Source of the DNA: the human T2T-CHM13v2.0 reference genome, Homo sapiens
Assembly: GCF_009914755.1 (NCBI RefSeq)
Contig: NC_060933.1
Reading direction: 5' to 3' (one strand)
DNA: 64,000 nucleotides
Below, piece by piece: positions 57,673-64,000 of the stretch (positions within the stretch are counted from its first letter, which is position 1; each line of letters starts with the position of its first letter). The position numbers and the translations under genes are program-made. Under the pieces are notes generated by a model. The model did not search any database. It was not told the origin of the DNA and saw nothing but the letters and a program-made list of their open reading frames with translations.

Positions 57673-59285
57673 CTGCAATAAAAACAATAGGTGGTTTCAA
57701 GAGGTTCATTCTGAGTGTGTCTCTCAAAGGAGTAACCAAGATGTAAAGGTAATTAAGGAATCTCCAGGAATGGCCAGGAAAGTGCCGTCAGGGTACATAG
57801 CTCCCAGACAACCAGACATTGCTCAAAGACAATGTTTTAGGTCATCAAATGGATTGCAAACAGTGCAATACTCCCTGGCTATTATTTTCCACAGCAACAC
57901 CTTTGACAAGAAGTACCTCACTTTGCCTCAGGGACTTGTCTATGAAACGCTGTGCCAACTCCTTACCTAGATCGCGTCCCTGGGTCTTGCAAGCCTTAAA
58001 TTCAGCTTTTGTGAGCTAGTTCCTTTCTTGCACATTGTATTGGCTCAGGCTCCTGCATAGTCTGTGAGGCAAACCCCCTGAACTGCATAGTTGTCTTGGA
58101 ACTGGCAGTCTTGCAATGCTTTGATCATACTGTCAACTAAGATATTCAAAGACACTGCTCAGAGAAGGCTCAGCCTCTCTGTCTCTTGACAAAGAGATTT
58201 GTGCCAATGTCAAGTCTACTTTCTCTAGTAGGCCCTGAATTGCTTTGTTATCTTCCCAGCCGTGGAAGTGATAAGATTTGGAACCAGAGCAGATATGTTT
58301 ACAGGAGTGGAAAACCATAGCAATTTTTTCTTCTGCCACCTTCATTAACGTGAACAAAAACGTTTTCATGCAAAATTCAGAACAGAAACCATTTTTTTTG
58401 TTTTCTAATTTTGTTTAATCAGCGTTTTGTAGATCAGTAGTCATTAAGAAAAGTTCAATGTGAGGCCAGACTTGGGCATTTTGTTCTGCCCTGCACACTT
58501 GCTGTTTTGAAGGGCCTGATCCTACATCGCCTATGGGGCTCTGAGCGGTGGGGGGAGAATGACCAGACACCACCCATTACCGGGAGGATCTGAAGCAAAA
58601 GATTCTCTAGGGGCCGGGCACAATCAAAGCGGAACATCTTCTTAAAAGGACCCTGATCTTAAAAAGCTTGGCTGGAGAAGACTGATCAACAGGTATTAAT
58701 TTGTCTTTGGGCCTTCCGAGGGTTGAAATGAGGGTCTTAAAGGGGCCATTGCCTCTTCTACAACAGATACTGGGTTGAATCAAAGAGCATATAACTGGCT
58801 ACCAGCAAATGCGATGGCTCCCATCCCACCCCTCACAAGGGGCATGGGAATCGCATTGTTGGTTCCACTTGGCCCCCTTAAAGCAGCACTTTCACATGGG
58901 ACCCACCTTTTGTGCTTTGGGTGGTCAGGAGCAGGTTGTGCAAAGGGGTCTGTACCATGACTTTCCTCAGCTCTCTGCATGGGCCCATCATGTAGACATT
59001 TTTATTGTGGTGACTTCACAAAATCACCAAGTTTGAAGAAAAAACACTTATAGTTTGAACAAATGAAAATTCTGGCACATTAAAAAATTCATCTGTAGGC
59101 GCAAGCTTCAATATACAGGCATCCCTTGAAGATATTGAGGGTTCAGTTCCAGACCACCACAACAAGGCAAATATCACACTAAAGCCAGTCACATGAATTT
59201 TTTGGTTTCCCAGCACACATGAAAATTATGTTTACACTATACTGTAGTCTATTAAGTGTGCAGTAACATTATGTCTGAAAAACCA

Positions 59286-59610
59286 GGCTGGGCCCAGTTG
59301 CTTACACCTGTAATCCTAATACTGTGGGAGGCCAAAGTGGGAGAATCACTTGAGCCCAGGAGTTTGAGGCTGCTGTGAGCTATGATTGTGGTTCTGTACT
59401 CCAGCCTGGATGAGAGTGAGTTGCCCTGTCTACAAAAGATACAAAAAGTTAGCTGCGTGTGGTGGTGCGCACCTGTAGTCCTAGCTACTCAGGAGGCTGA
59501 GACAGGAGGATCGCTTGAGCCCAGGAGTTCAAGGCTGCAGTGAGCTATGATCATGCCACTGCCTTCCAGCCTGGGCAACAGAGCAAGACCCCATCTCTAA
59601 AAAAAAAAAA
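59286..59610 (+). mobile_element. Old Alu dimer (FAM/AluJ-like) inside Tigger1
   Basis: Both arms carry the GGCTGC-GTGAGCTATGAT segment; A tail. Confidence 0.85.
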
Positions 59611-61411
59611 AGTACATATCTTAAAAATATTTTATTGTTAAGATGCTAATGATCATCTGAGCCTTCAGTGAGTTGTAATCTTTGCAGGTGGAGGGTCTTG
59701 CCTTGTGTTGATAGCTGCTGACTGATCAGGGTGGTGGCTGCTACAAGCTGGGGAGGCTGTGGCAATTTTTAAAAATAAAACAACAATGAAGTTTGCCAGA
59801 TCAATTGACTCTTCCTTTCATGACGGATTTCCCTGTGGCATGCGATGCTGTTTGATAGCATTTTACCCACAGTAGAACTTCTTTCAAAATTGGAGTCAAT
59901 CCTCTCAAACTCTGTCATTGTTTTATCAACTAAGTTTATGTCATATTTCAAATCCTGTGTTGTTATTTCAACAATGTTCACACCGTCTTCACCAGAATTA
60001 GATTCTATTCCAAGAAACCACTTTTTTTGCTCAACCATAAGAAGCAACTTCTGATCTGTTCAAATTTTATCATGAGATTTTAGCAGTTTAGTCACATTTT
60101 CAGGCTTTTAATTCTGGTTCTCTTGCTGTTTCCTCCATGTCTGCAGTGACTTCCTCTTTTGAAGTCTTAAATCCCTCAAAGCCATCCATGAGGGTTGGAA
60201 TCAACTTCTTCCAAACTCTTGTTCATGTTGCTATTTTGACCTCCTTCCACAAATGTCCTCAATGACATCTAGAAAGGTGAATCCTTTCTAGAGGTTTTCA
60301 ATTTACTTTGCCCAGATCCATCAGAGGAATCACTGTCTATGACAGCTATACTCTTACAAAATGTCTTTCTTAAATAACAAGACTTGAAAGTTGAAATTAC
60401 TCCTTGATCCATGGGTGCAGAATGGATGTTGTGTTGACAGTCATTAAAACAATATGAACCTCCTTGTATATCTCCATCAGAGCTCCTGAGTGACCAGATG
60501 CATTGTCAATGAGCAGTAAAAAATATTTTGAAAGAATCTTTTTTATTATTCTGAGCAGTATGTCTCAACAGTGGGCTGAAAACATTTAGTAAACCATGCT
60601 GTAAGCAGATGTGCTGCCATCCAGGCTTTGTTGTTCTATTTACACAGCACAGGCAGAGTTGATTTCACATAATTCTTCAGAGCCCCAGGATTTTTGAAAT
60701 AGTAAAAGAACATTGGCTTGTCTCCAGCTGCATTAGCCCCTAACAAGAGAGTCAGCCAGTCCTTGGAAGTTTTGAAGGCAGGCATTGATTTCTCTCTAGC
60801 TATGAAAATCGTGAATGGCATCTTCTTCCAAGAGAAGACTGTTTCATCTATAACACAGTTCTGTAGTTTAGTGTAGCCACCTTCGTCAATTACCTTAACT
60901 AGGTCTTCTGGGTACTTTGCTGCAGCTTCTACAGCACTTGCTGCTTCACCTTGCACTTTTATGTTCTGGAGGAAATTCCTTTCCTTAAACCTCAGGAACC
61001 AAACTCTGCTAACTTCAAACTTTTCTTCTGCAATTTCCTTACCTCTCTCAGGCTTCATAAAATTAAAGAGAGTTAGGGGTTGCTCTGGATTAGGCTTTGG
61101 TTTAAGGGAATATTGTGGCTGGTTTGATCATCTCTCCAGACCACTCCAGCTTTCTCCTTATCAACAATAAGACCGTTTTGTTTTCTTATCATTCATATGT
61201 TCACTGGAGCAGCACTTTTAATTTCCTTCAGAACTTTTCCTTTGTATTTACAACTTAGCTGTTTGGCCAAGAGGCCTAGATTTTGGCTCATCACGCCTTC
61301 CTCACTAAGCTTCATTTTTAGCTTTTGATTTGGAGTGAGAGACATGCAACTCTCCTGAATCTTTCACTCAAACACTTTTTAGGCCATTATAGGATATTAC
61401 TTGGACGAATT

Positions 61412-62063
<652 letters not shown>

Positions 62064-63524
62064 AATTGGCCTAATTTCAGTGTTGTTTTGTCTCAGATAA
62101 TAAGGAGGCCTGGTGAGGGGGAGAAGGATGGGAAATGGCAAGTTGGTAAAGCAGTTAGAAAATAAACATTTATTGATTAAGTTTGCCATCTTGTACAGGT
62201 GTGGTTCATGGTGCCCCCCCATGGTGCCCCCCAAAAAATCACGAGACAGATTGTAAGAATTAGCAAAATGTGACACGAAGACACAAAGTGACTACATGCT
62301 GTTGAAAAAATGGCGCCAACAGACTTGCTCAATCCAGCTTGCCACAAACCTGCAATTTGTAAAAAACACATTATCTCCAAAGTGCAATAAAAAAGGCATG
62401 CCTGTATGTAAACTGTTACAACTCTGGTGAATTTGCTTGATAAAAAAGTGTACTTTTTAAGCATTCTATACCACTGTAGTAAACAATAATGTATAGTTGC
62501 AAATAGCTAGAAGGAGAATGTTGAATGATTGAATAATCCCAATACAAAGAAATAATAGGGTAAGATAATTAGCCTAATCTGATCACAATGCATTGTATAT
62601 ATCAAAATATCACTATGTACCCCATAAATATGTACAATTATTATATGTTGATTTTAAAAAGTTTACTTTTTAAAATATGATATGTGAATTTAATTTCCTA
62701 AGAAATTCTGACACTTGCTGTTCAACCCACAGGCTCCCCTGTTACAAAAACCTTCTAGTGATTTCTATTGTGGTTGTCTTGTCCATCCTTCTTCCTACTG
62801 CTCTGCATCCCATTCCTTGAGCATGGCACTTCTCAAGGCTTATAGAGAGAAGCCTCACACCTTGCAACCCATATGGGTTGGATTATATTGCCTGAGTTGA
62901 ATTAAATAAGTGATAGAACATTCTTGGAGGTTTTGTGTATGTGTGCTTGCCTAGCTGAGGGATGGGTCACCTTTTCCTTCTCAGAACGTAGTAAATACCT
63001 AGATCCCTCTAGGATGGAAGATGGCGAGGTAGAGAGAACTATACGAGGCCGCCTGCCCAGCTTGTAGATGGGCCCACCTTCCAGTGCAGGGTAATGTGTG
63101 TGAATGGGCTGTGCAGGTCCCCAGAACTGGAGGAGCTGAATGAGGGGATGGAGGCTGCAAAACCTACATAAGACAGAACAGAACTACCCACCCAGGGAAG
63201 GAGAGGGCAGCCTCAGCCCCTGGGCTTTGAGGGAGGCAGCAGCTCCTGTCATTTCAGAGCATTTTCTTCATTCACCCCTTCCTGTGGGTAGGAAAAAGGG
63301 TTACCTAGTAGACTTGATCTCAAGTCAGTAATATGTCATGCTAAACCTAGGGACTTCCAGATTGGGTGGCAAAGGTCATTCTGGACACTTCTTCGCATGC
63401 TACTTCCATCCAATGAGGCCAGTCTGACTTCAGAAATCCATACCCTTTGCTTTTTGTTAACACAAATGTTTCCTTAACCTGAATCCTCTGCTTATTGGCT
63501 GTGATTAGACTTGCCTTTTAAAAA

Positions 63525-63840
63525 AACCTTTATGTTTTGAGCTCATTGAGATTCACATGCAATTATGGGATTCCACATGGCTTTCACCCAGTTTCATCCA
63601 ATGGTAACATCTTGCATAATTATAGAATAATATCACAACCAGAAAATGGATATTGGTACAATTGATCCATCTTAGATTTTACCAGTTTTTCATGCACTCA
63701 TCTGTGTGTGTGTGTGTGTGTGTGTATGTGTGTGAGTGTGTGTGTTTTATTGTATGCAGTGTTGTCACATGTGTAGGTTCAGGTGACCACGATCACAGTC
63801 AAGATACCAAACAGTTCCATCACAAGTGTCCCTCTTGGGT
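63525..63840 (-). mobile_element. L1MC 3'-end fragment containing a (TG)n microsatellite (63703-63745)
   Basis: ttcacccagtttcatccaatggtaacatcttgcataattatag...cacagtcaagatac. Confidence 0.75.
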
Positions 63841-63842
63841 TG

Positions 63843-63979
63843 TTTTTTTTTTTTTTTTTTTTTGAGACAGAGTCTCACTCTGTTGCCCAGGCTGGTCTCT
63901 AACTCCTGACCTCAAGTGATCCACCAGCCTTAGCCTCTCAAAGTGCTGGGATTATAGTCCTGAGCCACTGCGCCTGGCC
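63843..63979 (-). mobile_element. FLAM-type Alu monomer
   Basis: Poly-T followed by a single Alu arm. Confidence 0.85.
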
Positions 63980-64000
63980 TCTTGTTGCTTTTTTGTAACT

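Noticed and set aside
59769-61058. Domesticated TIGD-like transposase gene
   Set aside because: The ORF is fragmented, the element is interrupted by Alus, and divergence fits a neutral Tigger1 fossil.

Overview
Primate (human-type) genomic DNA. Bases 1-~17,090 hold the 3' part of TJP2 (tight junction protein ZO-2, + strand). Eight GT-AG coding exons join in frame and encode the end of the guanylate-kinase-like domain, the acidic and proline-rich regions and the C-terminal PDZ-binding motif (...YRDTEL*). A ~830-nt 3' UTR with two AATAAA signals follows. The remaining ~47 kb is repeat-dense intergenic DNA: more than 35 Alus, three L1PA copies, MaLR/ERV solo LTRs (THE1, MST, MLT1, MLT2, MER4, MER21), MER2 and a near-full-length Tigger1. 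The 3' exon of the minus-strand lncRNA BANCR lies at ~57.3-57.7 kb, recognised from remembered primer/siRNA sequences. The most unusual stretches are: (i) a (TTAGG)n tract facing a (CCCTAA)n interstitial telomeric array at ~27 kb, next to a MER4 LTR and an orphan GC-box/CCAAT element; (ii) a CpG-retaining fold-back palindrome at ~42.17 kb that looks like a repair scar; (iii) an intron read-through alternative C-terminus of ZO-2 that ends near a genomic A19 run. I found no new protein-coding system. Repeat subfamily calls and boundaries were made by eye and are approximate unless a target-site duplication (TSD) is given.
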